This document shows, piece by piece, positions 1 to 15,893 of a stretch of 64,000 bases of DNA. The DNA lies in the NCBI RefSeq assembly GCF_009914755.1, contig NC_060928.1. The stretch is one strand, 5' to 3'. Made by a program: the position numbers and the translations under genes. Position 1 is the first letter of the stretch, and every line of letters starts with the position of its first letter. This DNA is from the human T2T-CHM13v2.0 reference genome, Homo sapiens. The notes under the pieces were generated by a model. That model worked only from the letters and a program-made list of their open reading frames with translations, was not told where the DNA came from and ran no database searches.

Positions 1-129
1 TTCCTGTATTTCAAAACATAGTGTTTTTATAAGCATATAAGCTTATTACTAACATTATGGACTAGAATAATTTTGTGATTTCAATGCTCACCAAATTATT
101 TTTAAAATACAATATTCTATAGAACTCAC

Positions 130-174
130 CTTTTGCCCATTCATCCCTGGAATTCCAGGTGCTCCAATAGAACC
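130..174 (-). CDS. COL25A1: COL25A1 coding exon, 45 nt, GSIGAPGIPGMNGQK
   Basis: Minus strand reads ctttag|GGTTCTATTGGAGCACCTGGAATTCCAGGGATGAATGGGCAAAAG|gtgagt: five Gly-X-Y triplets with canonical AG/GT. The peptide matches collagen XXV as I recall it. Confidence 0.95.
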
Positions 175-784
175 CTAAAGAGACACATGATTAAATTCAG
201 TTGATATCATACACAAAATATTTCAATTCTAAATTTATATTGTATTAGTTATGTAAGCCTTGCTAAAACATTTCTAGGAAGTCTTATTTTTCAGACCTTA
301 TCCACTGTGTTCAAATATATAATGTAAGCAGATTCCTCAAGCTTCCCCAGAAACTACAGAGTTAAAATTAAACCTTGCTTCTAAGTATCCACTTAACTTT
401 AATATGTTTTAAAGAAATTTACATGATAAATTGGTCATACCTATCAGAGGGCCACATGGCTCTAAATTTTCATGTTTTTAAGAATAAACAGGCTTAGTTC
501 CATCTGGAAAAAGCCTACCAGTAGCAGTAACACTTGCATTTCATGAGTTAAAATACAATGAAACAAAAGGTAATTAAAATAACAACCATTTGTTCCGCAG
601 TTAAATAAGGGGCCCATGTCGCAAACTCAAATTTGTTTTATTTTAAGCATTTTCCTCCAAGACTTTCAAGGAGTAAGTTTAAGCCACATGAATGTGAATA
701 TGTCTTCCAGAGTGACTCAAAAAGTTGCAAAAAATGTTATACACTGACCAGGAACAACACAACTTCTGTGCAAAAAAAGTTAAG

Positions 785-818
785 GTGTGTGTGTAAGCAC
801 GTGTGGGCGTGTGTGTGC
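785..818 (+). repeat. imperfect (TG)n microsatellite
   Basis: gtgtgtgtgtaagcacgtgtgggcgtgtgtgtgc. Confidence 0.6.
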
Positions 819-1099
819 ACATGCATAGTGGCATGAGTATGAATGATTGGACATAGATGGGTGAGCTGGAGAATAAGAAAGCTAATTATTACCTGAGAAA
901 ATCTATGACATTTAACGGGATATAGAAACATTAGCAAATATTTTCAAACAGTGATGTCATTTCCCTCCATTACACCTTCCATTTAGGCTCTGGAGAAACC
1001 ATTTTAAATACAATGTGCTTATTCTTTGTCTAAAACTAGAAAACAGATTTTTCTGATATTACATTTCTTTAATAATAATGGGGAAAAGATTTTTTAAAA

Positions 1100-1176
1100 T
1101 CTGTAATTATAGACCAAAACTCCCCTAAAAAAATGGTCTGTAATTATAGACCAAAAACTCCCCTAAAAAATAGTCT
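1100..1176. repeat. two-copy ~37-bp tandem duplication
   Basis: TCTGTAATTATAGACCAAAA(A)CTCCCCTAAAAAA starts at 1100 and again at 1137. Confidence 0.9.
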
Positions 1177-1670
1177 ACTAAAAAAACAGTAATTATAATC
1201 AAAACAAATTGAGATGGCAAGTTCCTTAGTGCATTCAGTGATTATATTGAATGGGTCATTAAAGGACTTCCCGAAGCCTGAAGCAGTAATTTTATCCTGG
1301 TCGTATGTGGATTAGAGTAGCTTTACAATTTCACACCATGCTTAATAGAGACATTATTGCGAAGGACAAAATGTTCCTATGCACAAGTTGTCCTGCAACC
1401 CATGGGCTTTTACTTGGTTTGTAGGATTATGTTTCAACAGATGCCACATGCCCAGTGCTTGGGGGATAAAAAGTCTCTATCTTTGATGGATTCCAAAGAT
1501 AAAGAATAATCACTTTTCCACCTGTTATAATACAATTGTTTTCTTTAGTTTTCCGTGGGTTAAATATCCCCCTCCCGGCTTGAGGGGTGTAAGGATGGGG
1601 GAATGAGGACTTAGTGATATTTTGTTGGCAAAATGCCATCTATTTGCTATTAATATATTTACTGCTATAG

Positions 1671-2019
<349 letters not shown>

Positions 2020-2535
2020 TCTCCAGCAGAATTTAATCGTCAATTCTGATGATTGCGGATAACAATGAAATGACAATCAGGAAGTCACTGTTCAGGTTAC
2101 CTCAGCAAAGAAGGACACCAGTAGGCTACTTGAATATAGTGAACCCAGCAATATCCTTTTTTTGGGCTCAGTTCTCTGGCCGTTTGGCAATCATATAATT
2201 GAGGAAGGCCATGCATTCATTTTGCAATATCAAATTATCTTTCACATTTTAAATTTTGTCATGTTTTACCAGTATTTGAATTAAAATTCAATAATGTACA
2301 AGTTCAGCAGACAACTTAAAAAGAGTCTGCTCTTGGATTTATTGAATTTTTTATAATGGAGTAAATTAGAAATCTAATGCTCACATTATGTGACTATATT
2401 TTTAGAAAGCAGAATACACAAACCAGACTAACTGCTTCAGCATGGCTTACAGTAGCTAATTTCATTCACCTCTCCTGCTTGCCATTAGGTCATGAGAGCA
2501 TAATTACTTTCACAATATTGTTGTTTATACTCTAC

Positions 2536-2562
2536 CTTTTGTCCCGGAGGCCCTAGAGGACC
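2536..2562 (-). CDS. COL25A1: COL25A1 coding exon, 27 nt, GPLGPPGQK
   Basis: tttcttttttag|GGTCCTCTAGGGCCTCCGGGACAAAAG|gtagag: three Gly-X-Y triplets, phase 0. Confidence 0.95.
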
Positions 2563-4983
2563 CTAAAAAAGAAAAACGATTCAATTAACATACTATTGTA
2601 GCCATTTAAGCTTAGATGACCAATTTAAACTGTCCTATTCTCTAAGATTCTCTTTGCTGTACTGAAATATGTTGACATTTCATATATCAGGAAAAAAAAA
2701 AGAAAAATTTCAGTTTGAAGTTCCAAGTGGATCTTTTCTTCTAATTTTCTTTTGAAAAACATTAAGCATATGCAGCAGGATTCTGATTTCTCCTCTCTAT
2801 TAAAAAATAATCTTTGCTGTTCCAGCACATATTGTTTTTTAAAAAAATACCTATAAATGTGTCACATCAATCTCATTTAGAAGGCTGAAGATATAGTCCC
2901 TAGAAGCAGTTAAAATGCAATGTAGTTTCTCAGCAAATGGACACATTAGATGACTTCTGCACCTGCAAATCTTCAGTAAGCAGATTTGCAAAGGAAATAA
3001 TTGAATAGCATTACAAAGAAACATGACTTTTTTTTTCTGTTCTTCCTCTTAGGAAATATGGTCAACTAACCTGCACAAAAACTTGTTTACAAACTAGGGG
3101 AGGCCAGTGTCAACTGTGATACCGAGTATATACTAGAAAAGGGAACAAAAGATGCTGTCAATTGTTTCTTAGACTAAGATACTGGGTGGAGGAGATTTAG
3201 TGAGATGAATGAGAATATTTATACAGCATGGAAATGCAGCAATTTTGAGATTTAGCAGTTTTTCAACCACAAAGTCAGTGTTGGGATTCTCTTGGCTTTA
3301 TTTAGAGCAAGGCATGGCTTTGAGACAGTGGAAAATAACTCAAAGAGATATAGCTATATTTCTATCTATTTTTAAATACAACTATTAAGCATTTTCTTCC
3401 AGTTCTTTCAAAAATATTTTTAGTACGTTTTAGCAAAGTTATAGACACTCATCATTTCATGTTAAAAGTTCTTTATTCCATGACATTTAACTAATGACCA
3501 GCCTATTTTCAGTTTGTGACATTTCAGTTAATCAGCATGTTGCATTCTCACTCTGTAACACTAAATAAAACACTAGGGTGGTTGTCAGAAGAAGACCTGC
3601 TCATGCATCCTTTTTATTAAAAATATATAATGTTTAGGAACATTCAGAGAATCTGTTCACCATGTTATTTTGCAATCCTCACAGGAAGACTAACAGTTTC
3701 CTCATATAATCAGTTTTAGGTTATTGAAAGTACACTGTGCAATACTGCCTTTATATATTTCTATTTAATTTACTCAACCAACTGTTTAATGAGCTTGTTA
3801 TTTGGTTTATCTGTGTGGTCAGACATTCTCCCTACTTATCTCACTCCCTTTATTTAAAATTCTCCCTGTTTTAGATTTTGCAGAGAAAATAGAGACTATC
3901 AGGTGTAAATTCCCTCAACATCTTGTCTCTCATCAAACCAAACGTATGTGTACCTCTTTCCTGTATCAGAGGAAGAAGAGCCCCTCCTCCTATACAAGGC
4001 AAATTCATCTGGTATACTCTGGAATCCATCCTTGTCTCTGTCCTCAGGGATCTTTTGCAATCAGTTACCCCTAGATCTGTATCAGAGGCTCCACTTCTTC
4101 ACTAGTTCTTCCCCTTAGCATATAAACATATTTAATCATTTCCTCACTTGGGTAAATTGTTTGGAAAGTAAATGTTCGTGCTAAGTAAGGGCAGAATTTG
4201 GAGGCTGTGGTGATAGGAGATCTGAGAATGAAGAAAGGACTTGGGTTTTATCATTGTCTATGATTCCATTTTCTCCAGTGTCTCTAGAGTACTTTAGTTC
4301 TTAAAATGTTGATGTTAGAAAGGAAATCATAGAACAAGGGGTACATTGATTCAGTATTTAGACCGAGAATGTGTATGTTCAATTCATAAAGGCTTGTTTC
4401 CCACTGTAAGCCTAAGTGCCACTTGAAAAAAATGTTGCTCACTAAAATTGTCTATTTCATCACACGGATATATAACCCCGGAAGGGAATATTTCAAACAA
4501 AAATAAGAGTGAATTCTACATTAAATATTTTAATTAGCGAATAACATATCTGATATTTTCTAATTTGGTCTGTTGCATAATCACACAAAATCAGAGATTT
4601 AGAATGACTAATCACAACTCTGAAATTCATAAAATTAAATAAGTTGTATATTTTAACACAATATTTAATGAAAATCTAAGGATGGCTACAAAGACAATAT
4701 TTTCCTTTACTGTTAGGAAACTACTGCTACGTCTGGTAACCTCTAAAAATAAAAGCAGTTTTTAAGATTTAACATTAATTTTGAATTGGGAATACATGTC
4801 TTATAGAATTTTCATAACTATGCTGCCAAGAATATATTCAGTTACCAGAAATGTGCATATACTTCTTTGATCTCTCTGGCAGGAAAAATGGTAGGGATCT
4901 AACAAGAGTATCATCCATTACTCGGGGAGGGATACCTGGGATTAAGGCAGAATAAAATATAGGACACTTAAGTACAGGCAGAC

Positions 4984-5020
4984 AGACACACACACACACG
5001 TGTGCGCATGCATGCACACA
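4984..5020. repeat. (CA)n / alternating purine-pyrimidine tract
   Basis: acacacacacacacgtgtgcgcatgcatgcacaca. Confidence 0.7.
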
Positions 5021-5281
5021 TCCAGAAATACCAGTTATTTTTACTGAGCAAGATTTTACTTATATGCATTTGTTTTGAGTATCCTTAGATTAATAATACC
5101 ATTATGTATCTATAACACTGTGGTAATTAAAGTTAAGCTTACAAATCAAAGTTTCCCTACTCAAAAATTGATTTTAAAATTAGGGTATGTTGCTACCAGT
5201 TGGTTAAGATGATTACATTTGATTAGTCTTGCGGTTTCTGGTACAAATGTAAGTTTATAAAGTAATGGGTAAATACCATAG

Positions 5282-5608
<327 letters not shown>

Positions 5609-6489
5609 TATCTAATCTTCCTTACACTTGTTTAGATTTTCATCCTGCACAACAACTTGGATGAATAATGCCATAAATTCATTATTCACTAGTTAAACGA
5701 ATGCTGATTATTCCCAAAATTAAAGTCAATTGTTCTAGTGATTCAAGATTTCCAAAACAATTCCATTATTGTTATCCTCATAATTTAGTAAGTTTGTATC
5801 AAGTAGATTTCCAACCTAGAGTCATCATCTTTTCGGTTCATCTCTGTTAATCAATGAAGTGGTCCTTCCTTATTTATATTTGCATATACTTTGTATATAA
5901 CCAGTTAAGATGAAAATAATCTAGTTTTATTTTTTCAACATAATTTCTTTGCATATATCTCAAGATTAAAAACTGTAACATACAGAATCTCAACATATTG
6001 AGCTATATTTCTTTAAACTCCAGAAACATCAACTATAATTAGAACCTTAAAATACACTAATTTAAATACAGGTTCTGGGTGATATAAATTGTAAAAACTT
6101 TTAATTGAAGAATTCTGCATCATGAATATAACTTTATCAAAAAGATAAAAACTCAAAGAGTCACTGAAAAATTCTAAGCATGGAGTAACATCACTAATCT
6201 GCATATAAACCTTTATACCAGTTTTAATACTCTTTCAGAAAACATCATGGAAAGTTATGCAAAATAAAGTTCAGATAAAAACTGGTGAACACAGTAAGAA
6301 ATTATATAGTATACTTGATATTCTTTCCAATTTTTCCTCTCCCCGCTAGATTCCATATGTAAAGATTTATGTACAATATTCAGCATATGGTGAGAAAGTA
6401 AGTTAAAGAAACATCATAGACCCCATGTTGGTGACTGTCTTTACCAAAAGCATGTTACTCGGGCCTCAGAGTAAAGTTTAACTCCTCCT

Positions 6490-7040
6490 ACTTCAGTCCA
6501 TCAGATACTTAAGAATATCTCTATGGTCCAGCCTTCTTCTCCAGTCACATTGCTACATTCCTGTTAAACCCATTTCTTGCTCCCTTAGCTAACGTAACGT
6601 TCACCTAATGACGACCCTACTTTTGGTCTCCTCCAATCCTTTCTGCACACTGCTGCCTGCGTGAGCTTCCCCTAATGGGTTCATACCTTTCCCATACTTA
6701 AATATCTTTCAATGGCTTTTCGTAGCCTTTTAGAAGAGTCTGAGCTTTGACAGTAGTTGCAGTTTTCTGCATAAGCCAGGCTTCCACATTTCTACACCTC
6801 TGTCTGTTCCTATAAGGGGCTTTCTAATCCCCGGTCCTCTCCTGCATCCATTCCAAATATCAGAGCTCAGTACCCTCACCTTTGGGGTTAGGTGCCCTTC
6901 TTTTGTTCTCCAAAGCACCCCTATGATGTTTTCATAGAATTTTCCAACAATAATCATAATTGTCTGGTTACTTCTTTATTCCCTCTAAATTACCTTTATC
7001 ATGCACAGTAGCTGGCACATAGTGATTGCTCAGTGAATCG
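6490..7040 (+). mobile_element. L2 3' fragment
   Basis: L2-like pyrimidine-rich body ending in gctggcacatagtgattgctcagtgaat, the L2 3' terminus pattern. Confidence 0.6.
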
Positions 7041-7049
7041 TTTTGAGGT

Positions 7050-7590
7050 TAATTCATTTATTCACTCACATAATAGTTTTTAAGAGCCCACTGAATTCTC
7101 TTTTGTCTACAAAATAAGACAAAACAAAATGACCACTCAGTGAGCACTCAAAACAAAATAAGATAAAAATGCATACCCCTGGACTTCATATACTAGTGAA
7201 TGTAGTAAGACAGTAAACAAATAAAATATAAAATTGTGTCAGGTGGTAACTGCTAAAGCAAAGAGGGGGATATGGATTGTGAGAAGTAGATGGAATAGTT
7301 TAAATTGTGTGTGTGGTGGGGGCGGGGCGGTCATTTAGTGAAGCTCTCAGTGATAAAGAGGTCAGGAAAAGAGCCATGCATATAGAAGGGGGAAGAATAT
7401 TCCAGGCAAGGGAAGAGCAAATGCAAAGACCAAGAGTTGGGCACATGCTAAGTGTGTTCAAAGAACACCAAGTAGGCTATCAGTGAGTAAGTAGGAGATG
7501 GGGATACAAACAGGGAAGAACAATTGTATGTGTATGGCCTTGTAGGTGCTTGTAAGCACAATGATGTTTACTTTGAGTAGGATAAAATTT
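7050..7590 (-). mobile_element. L2 3' fragment (tail-to-tail with the previous one)
   Basis: Starts ttcatttattcactcac and contains gaagaatattccaggcaagggaagagcaaatgcaaag, a typical antisense L2 motif. Confidence 0.65.
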
Positions 7591-10320
7591 ACAGAAATGA
7601 ATAAATGGATACTTAAAGCAAATCAGGTTTTTTTATTTTTTAAACTTTAGACAATAGTGTCTCAACACAGAAATGGCAGGATTTTTCACCCTTTTGTTCA
7701 CCTGACTCATTCTAACATTGCTGGCCTATTCTAATAGCCTCCAGATTAGCTCTAATTGCAAGCGTGAGTGGAGGAATTCAGGTCATGACTTCCATATGAA
7801 TACAGCAAAGCCAAAATCATCCAAATTACATGGTATCATTAACAATGAGAGTGTTGTGTATGTGTATGTAGGCCTAAGGTCCCTAATGCACTTCAGAAAA
7901 CAATTATGCAAACAGTAGATAGAATTATCAACCCAAGTAAATCTTCAAAGTAGGCTGTTAAGAAAAGAATGACTCTGTGACCATTATGTGTTGGCTGTAC
8001 TTTCCAGTTTGTGAACAAAAAAATAACACAGAAAGATACATCATGAGATGGAAAAAAATTAATGAATTTTTCTGACACTACTGATGTTAGCACAAATTTG
8101 ATTGAGGTATTAATTACTTAAACAGGATGCTGAGTTCCTAAATGATGTGCTTTAGGATGCCTCTTGGGACATGTTTTAAGGCAAGTTCTGGTTGCCTGCT
8201 ATTAGGAAATGATGTAGGGGGCGGACACAGTTCCTGTTCTGTCCCTGATGACTAACAGTAAAATTTGAAGCTCTGAGAGCTGCTGGTCATTTCTGGACAC
8301 AAGAATATACAACTAGCTTCTGTAATAAAAAACACAGGGAACAAAAAAGAGGTGGTCCATCTGTGAAGGGGAGGATAAAAGCCCAAAACTATTAAGCCAT
8401 TTAAAATTATTTCCTTTTTAAGAATTTTTCCACGATTTAATAAAAGTTAGGCAAAATGAAGAAAATACTTTTAAAAGTCTAGTTCCAAAGGGAAGAATGA
8501 TAACACGTATACTCTAACTTATGGAGTCATAAAACATTAGTACCAGACTTTCTCAAGGGTTTGGTACAACAGACTTTAATTACAATTTTTTGAAAGATAT
8601 TAACCTGGTGAAATGCATCACAAGATCACAAAATACATAAACTTGGTTTATAAAGAGTAAGAGGAAATTTATCTTACTTAAGAAGGAATCATTTAAGATG
8701 CATGTATATAAAATGCCATGTTCTGCTTGGATGTTTGATGTGGGAAGGTTAAGAAACATAAACTCTAGCCACTATTATATGTACGTCTGGAGTGTAATTC
8801 AATTGATGTTTTACAAGATTTGGATTTCATAGCTTAAGTGTGTGGAAATGCCAACTAGAAACTGTTGGGAAATGTTTAGAATATAAGAGAGTGCACTGCA
8901 ATGTTTTCAGTGTAAAAGCCAGTGATTTAGTTGAAGTGGGTATGAAGGAACACAGTATAAACAAGAGCAGAGCAAGACAGTGCTGAGAAGGGAGAGCCTC
9001 ATCTCTCGTTTCAAGTCTTTCATGGATCCTGTCTTCAGTCACACTTCATCATTTATATTTTCCCAAGAAGTCCATATCCTTCTCCGATCAGTCCTCATGT
9101 GAAGTTCTTAATCATTCTTCAAGGCCCAGTGGTCATAACTCACTTCCTTTGTGAGCCTTCTCCAGCACACGCAGACAAAGCTTGTTTTTTTCCTTTGTGT
9201 TTCTTTAGCACATTTCAACTGGCTATATTTTAACATATTTACCTATTTTAAAAATCCACTTGACTAAAAATCCACTTCCTCAGGCCATATATTTCACATC
9301 GTCAGCACCTAGATTAGTGCCTAACACATAAATAATTATTGACTAAATGGAAAAAATGAATGAATGAATTTAAAAATTATTAAATTATGTTTAGCGGCTT
9401 TCCACCATTATTTCAACACTCATATTACCATACCTCTATCACTGGAAAGAGTTCCCAGTTTTGAGGCAGTTGTTCTGTTTAAGTATCTGAGATTTTTGTT
9501 TCCGTAATATCACCCCATAATTTCTATTATTTGAAAAAGTTCCTCTACAACCCAGAGCCTGTTACGAAGATGGCATGTCATTATATTTATTCATGAGCAT
9601 TTGATGAAAAAAAGTTCTACATGCAGTAATTATTTTTTAAAAGAGTAAATTCTTTTTGACTTCTCTATCTCATGTGCTGAATTTTTGAGGAAAATATTAA
9701 GCCAGGATGATTCATTTATTGGTGTTTCTCAAAATCATGAGGCTATGACCTCTTTAAGGGAGGTCTCTTAAAGCTCAGGAAATTAAAGAAGTAATACATT
9801 TTTCTCACCACTTGACAAAACCAGAACCCAAGACTAAATATTGAGCATTATATACCATAGATTAAAGATAAATCTAGGTATATAAAAATCTATTTTTGAT
9901 CAGATTCCAAAACAGAGACTCTATATTACCTCTCGCCAGATATCCACACTAAAATTAGCTCACTCCAGCCCTTCTAAATATTTAATAAATTGCTTCGTAT
10001 TGCTAAACCCAAAATGGAAATGATCCGAAAAGAAAGAAAAATTAACAGGCTTCTTTGCCCTCTGTGATTAAACATACTTCCCTCGAGTACTATAAAGGAA
10101 ACAAATTTATGGTTCACAAAGGCCTATCACCCTACACTACACTCAGTAAAAAATATTTCCATTGAGCAGTGTAAGTGCTTTTCCTATTTTAAATCAACAA
10201 TGCTGAGAAACACTGGCTGCTAGAATTTAAATAACTCATGATTCACAGAAAAAGTTCTTAAATTTAAGATTATAATATATAGTCATATCCTATTCAGATC
10301 TGTTTTCTACCTAGATGGAT

Positions 10321-10868
<548 letters not shown>

Positions 10869-11061
10869 ATCTAGACAATAGAACACCCAAGACTGAAATC
10901 AGGTGAACTGGATTCTAGCCTGGTTCTGCCGTTAACTATTTTGTAACCTTGGCTGTTTCCTTTTCACTCTGATGCTGTTCTGTGAAATGCTAAGCTAAAT
11001 GATTTCTAAGATTTCTTCTAAACCTTTTATATCCTACTTAATAAACAGCCATATGGTGTGA

Positions 11062-11386
<325 letters not shown>

Positions 11387-11523
11387 TGGTGTGACTAGAA
11401 ATTGATGCAATTACTTTTCCATTGTCCTCATGAAAATCATCCTTTTAGTTATAACGTGCATATTTATAAGCACACATATACTCCAAATAATCTATAAGAC
11501 ATATATAAATATAAAAAGATGCA

Positions 11524-11824
11524 GGCTGGGCGTGGTGGCTCACACCTGTAATCCCAGCACTTTGGGAGGCCCATGCAAGAGGATTGCTTGAAGCCTGGGC
11601 AATACAGCAAGCCTCCATCTCCATAAAACATAAAAATTAAAACATCTGGGTATGGTGGTGCATGCCTTAGTCCTAGCAACTTGGGAGGCTGAGGCAGGAG
11701 GATTCCTTGAACCCAGGAGTTTGAGGCTGAGGTGAGCTGTGATCATGCCACTGCACTGCAGGCCAGGTGACAGAGCAAGACCCTGTCTCTAAAACAACAA
11801 AACAAAACAAAAGAAGAAAAATAA
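11524..11824 (+). mobile_element. Alu (AluJ-like)
   Basis: ggctgggcgtggtggctcacacctgtaatcccagc start, (CAAAA)n tail. Confidence 0.93.
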
Positions 11825-13214
11825 GAGCAATTTTGTGTAATTCTGTTGAATTTATCCTACCCAATCCTACCCTTGGGGCATAATGACATGACATCAATTG
11901 GGAGAAAAACATAAAGCTAATTTCTTTTTATTAGAGCCTGATTTATTAATTGATTAACTCATATCACTCAGTCACTCTTATTATTAAACACACTAAGTAC
12001 CAATAACTATTATATGATGTGACAAATGCTGTGGAGAAGGGGAGAAGACAGCTTCTAACTTAGCTTGGGGGAGTGTGAAAGTGTATGCATGTGTGAGGTT
12101 TCCTCAAAGGAGGTGACCAAGCAGAAGTCTATATCTTTTTTAAGGTTCCACTCAGACACATGGATCCTGAACTTCCCTTAGATCTGGCAAGGAGGCTTTT
12201 GTCTTGTGCCCATGCTTTAAAAGGCTTTTTTCTGGTTGTGCTTCCCAGGGGGTTAGGAATCTGTGGGTCTAAGAGAACATGCTCATCTCTATACATACCC
12301 TCCACCCTCAGCCCTACCACCCCACCCAGCCACCTGACCTTCAGGTACTAAGGACTCCAGAATTCTCTGCCCCAATGACTTGAGCTCACTACAAAGACTA
12401 TGTGTTGCCTCTTCCCAGGCCTGTTCTTCTGAAGGTAAACCATACCACTGGTGTGCACCACAACAAATTGGAAGAGAAGGCAAAGAGGTGGGTATTTTGA
12501 GGGGGATAGATGAAATTTGGTCCTGTGAGCATTCAAGAACCTTTATAAAGTTAGAGGCTGAGTCTTATAAAGTTGAAGAATGGAGGAAGGTGTGGGAGAG
12601 AAGGGAAGCAGGCCAAGGACAGGGCTAGGGCTAGTTACAGCTCTCCTCGTGCCACCACACTGTGGCTTTGAACTCCAAGGAGTGCAAGAATTCTGGATTT
12701 GAACTTTCCAAGTCATCATGAGAATATATCTGTAAAGGTTGGGGGATAGAACATATTTTACTGAACAGTTTTATTAGGTTGGTTTATAACTTAAATATTT
12801 AGACACTTTGTATAAGGACTCCCATTTTTCCTCTTGCCCTAAAACTTGTACATTTGCCCTAAGTCTGCAAATGTAAAGCACAAACAGATTTAACTCTGTT
12901 TTTAAAAATTTCTTCTTTATCTAATGATGAAATATGAGAATTTGATAAGACAGATCAATTATAACTTGGTTAATATTCTCATACAAGAGTCACTTATTTT
13001 GCTTCAGTAGAGCTAGAATAAGCTGGATTCTACAGTTACAAGAAGTGACAACTAGATAAGTTGATTATGGTTTTGGAGAAGGAGACAATTTTTAAGACTT
13101 TCTTCTATTCAAAACTTAGCATATGACTGTTCATTGCTTTTAATTATTTACAGAACATATATAACAGATACATATAATATGCATCTGTGCATTCATAATA
13201 GAAACAGAGTAGGA

Positions 13215-13345
13215 TGACGGGACTTTAGAGTTGGAAGGGAAATCATGCCGTTTAGTTTCACCATTCTTTACAGATGAGGAATCTAAGGCCTAGATACCTT
13301 AATTTGTCCAAATGATAGAGCTTATTAGACCTTGAGCTGGAGCCA
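13215..13345 (-). mobile_element. MIR fragment
   Basis: tttacagatgaggaatctaaggcctaga core. Confidence 0.6.
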
Positions 13346-15814
13346 CTGTAAAAATAGTTAATAATAGAGCTGATTCACAGCCTAGAGGTCAATAAGGAAA
13401 ACAAAATTAAGTAATGAGAGAGGAATACAGACAGAGTCATCTACTCAGCTGTTGAGACTGTCTTTCTGCTACATAATCATGCTTCTAGATCACTGTTGAA
13501 AATGCTCCCCAAGATGACATTTTGTTTCTAGGAGACAGAACCAGCTTCAAAGGAAAGTCAAATGTTCCTTCCTATCACCTCACTAGGTGACCTTTAGACA
13601 CCTCTGGAGAAGTCTGTGCACGTAGGAATCAACACAGAGCAGGTCCCCCCAGCCTGGGGAGACACAGCTCCACTGTGTTGATTCTATGGCAGGACTCCCT
13701 GGAAGGGGTGGTGGGGCAGCACCAGAAATAGAAGGCATCACTTGTCTACTTTTTCTGGTCCCTTTGAAAAACAGCACTACAGGCTCTGGGCAAAAGTACC
13801 AAGGAGGTGGGAAGAGCCCTGCAGGTGTGCCATTTATATGTACTTCATGGACAATCAGATTAAGGGAGGCTGATAAAGCATTAGAATGGTTGCTAAGGCA
13901 TCTCAGCAGGCAGTGTGCACAACTGAAGGACATGCAGTTTTACCAAACAAGATTTTGTTGCAAAATCTAGTCTAATAACTAACTACAATAAGATGATTTC
14001 AGTCATTTTTGTTATTTGTGATTTGAAGGTTTGGGGGTCTTGCTTCCTCTGCCAGATCCAAATCAGGAAGTCTGCTGTTGTCTTCAGTGTCTGCCATCTG
14101 CTGATCAAGATAGCAGGCAGATCAAAGCACAGTGAAGGAAAGCCATGAGTTTTATGAAATCCATGGGATAGCAATGCATTATAAATTGAACATATTTAAA
14201 GTAAACCTTCACATACTGGGTATTTCAATTTTATTTTAAATGCAACAGAAACATTTTCATGCTTACGTTATTAACTAATATTTTAAAAACATTATATTCA
14301 CTTCACCCAAATGTATTAAATGTGTTTGCAGGTAAAATTAAAATAAACTAAAAGTATCTGTAAACTGTTTGGACAAAAGTCCAAATTTCACTTTAAGGCA
14401 CCACAACAGCAAATATTTCTGAGTTTTGAACTCTCAGATACCACTACGGCCCAATGAGGAACACTTTAAGTATTCTTATAATTCAGTAGAAGATAAATGA
14501 ATACGTTATGGAGTTTATATATATTTAGGGGAGGAGAAGAAAGGAATAAAGAGTTTCAGAACAGGAAAGTGATTTGGTTTTTGAAACCTTGGATATAGAC
14601 AATTTGGAACAAAAAATAATATACATGAAACTGGAGCAATTTGGTATATTTTTTTCAATACCGTCTATCTTTCATGCTTTTGAAAATTTCTGCATCTGTC
14701 AAAGAAAGAAACAGCAAGAACATCGAAAGGAAAGATACCTTTTAAAATACTGTTTTAACAACGATTTGAATCTCTGAAGAACTGAAAGATAAAGATAATT
14801 TGTGCTAGGATTCAGAACTTGATCACTTCCAATTATGGTCATTCCTTTGTTTCATTCTTGGGTCTAGTTTTATAAGATACAGCAGCTCTCTCCTTATTTA
14901 GATGGAGTCAAATTTATTTAAGTGCAAAATCTGGGTTTTAAAAGCTCATCCTGAACTTCTTGGAAACCCAAAGGTCATGTTTACAGAATAGATGCATGGC
15001 AGGATTAAATCAATGTGGAACTGCGTGAGCTGCAGGTTTTCTTTTTTATTCTATCATAGATGCTGTTAATCGTCAGATGATTACTTCTGCAATATAAACT
15101 ATATATCTTAGATTATGAAAACTAATTCCCTACCTGAGACACTCATGCAGTTTTGCAAGAGCTAATTTTAGATTGTTTCTAGCTTCTTCATTTCATCATC
15201 AGAGACATTTTAAATTTATAACAACTCTCTAGTGCCTCTTAAGGCCCTTATGTAAGCAAGCACTCCTCCATGACACAAACCAACAAATGTAGTGGGGTTT
15301 ACATAATGTGAAAAAGATGAGAATAGTGGTATTTATTATCTTTTGTTTGTCTTAATAAGTGGGCGAGAAGGAGAATGTTATGAAAAATTAATAATGTAAG
15401 ATGATATGATATTTAGGAGAAGAAAGCTAAAACAACAACAACTACAAATAGGACAAAAGCAATAAATTACACTCTTAATTGCACTATTTGACATGTTGTA
15501 ATTTAATTGGTAGCTATTATTCAACTATTCTTAGCCCTTACATTTCTTAGAGCAGCCTTTCTGTATGCCAAGTTATATCACTAGACATTTGTTTTAATAG
15601 TAGTACTTCTCAATTATGGAACCCTTTGTGGTTCATAAAACATTTCATATTATCATTTCACTTGCTTCTCACCATAACCCAGTGAGACAGGTAGAACAGG
15701 AATTATTACCTACATTTTATAGATCAGTAAAAAGGATCACAGACTATAGTCATACACCACTAAGTAGTTCTAAAACCGGAACTACTTTTCTCCCTACCAG
15801 ATTTCAAGTTCACA

Positions 15815-15815
<1 letters not shown>

Positions 15816-15846
<31 letters not shown>
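15816..15846 (+). repeat. (CA)n microsatellite
   Basis: About 15 perfect CA units. Confidence 0.95.
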
Positions 15847-15848
<2 letters not shown>

Positions 15849-15893
15849 GTGTGAAAGAAAATTTCTAAGTTTCTAAGAAAAATTTCCTCCTCA

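Noticed and set aside
886-910. ttttctcag|gtaata recursive-like site
   Set aside because: It lies in a short 2.4-kb intron, has a competing AG ~10 nt upstream and a weaker donor; likely chance.
13583-13970. Overlapping ORFs of 116 and 94 aa in a GC-richer patch
   Set aside because: No Gly-X-Y register, no recognisable domain and no convincing splice sites.
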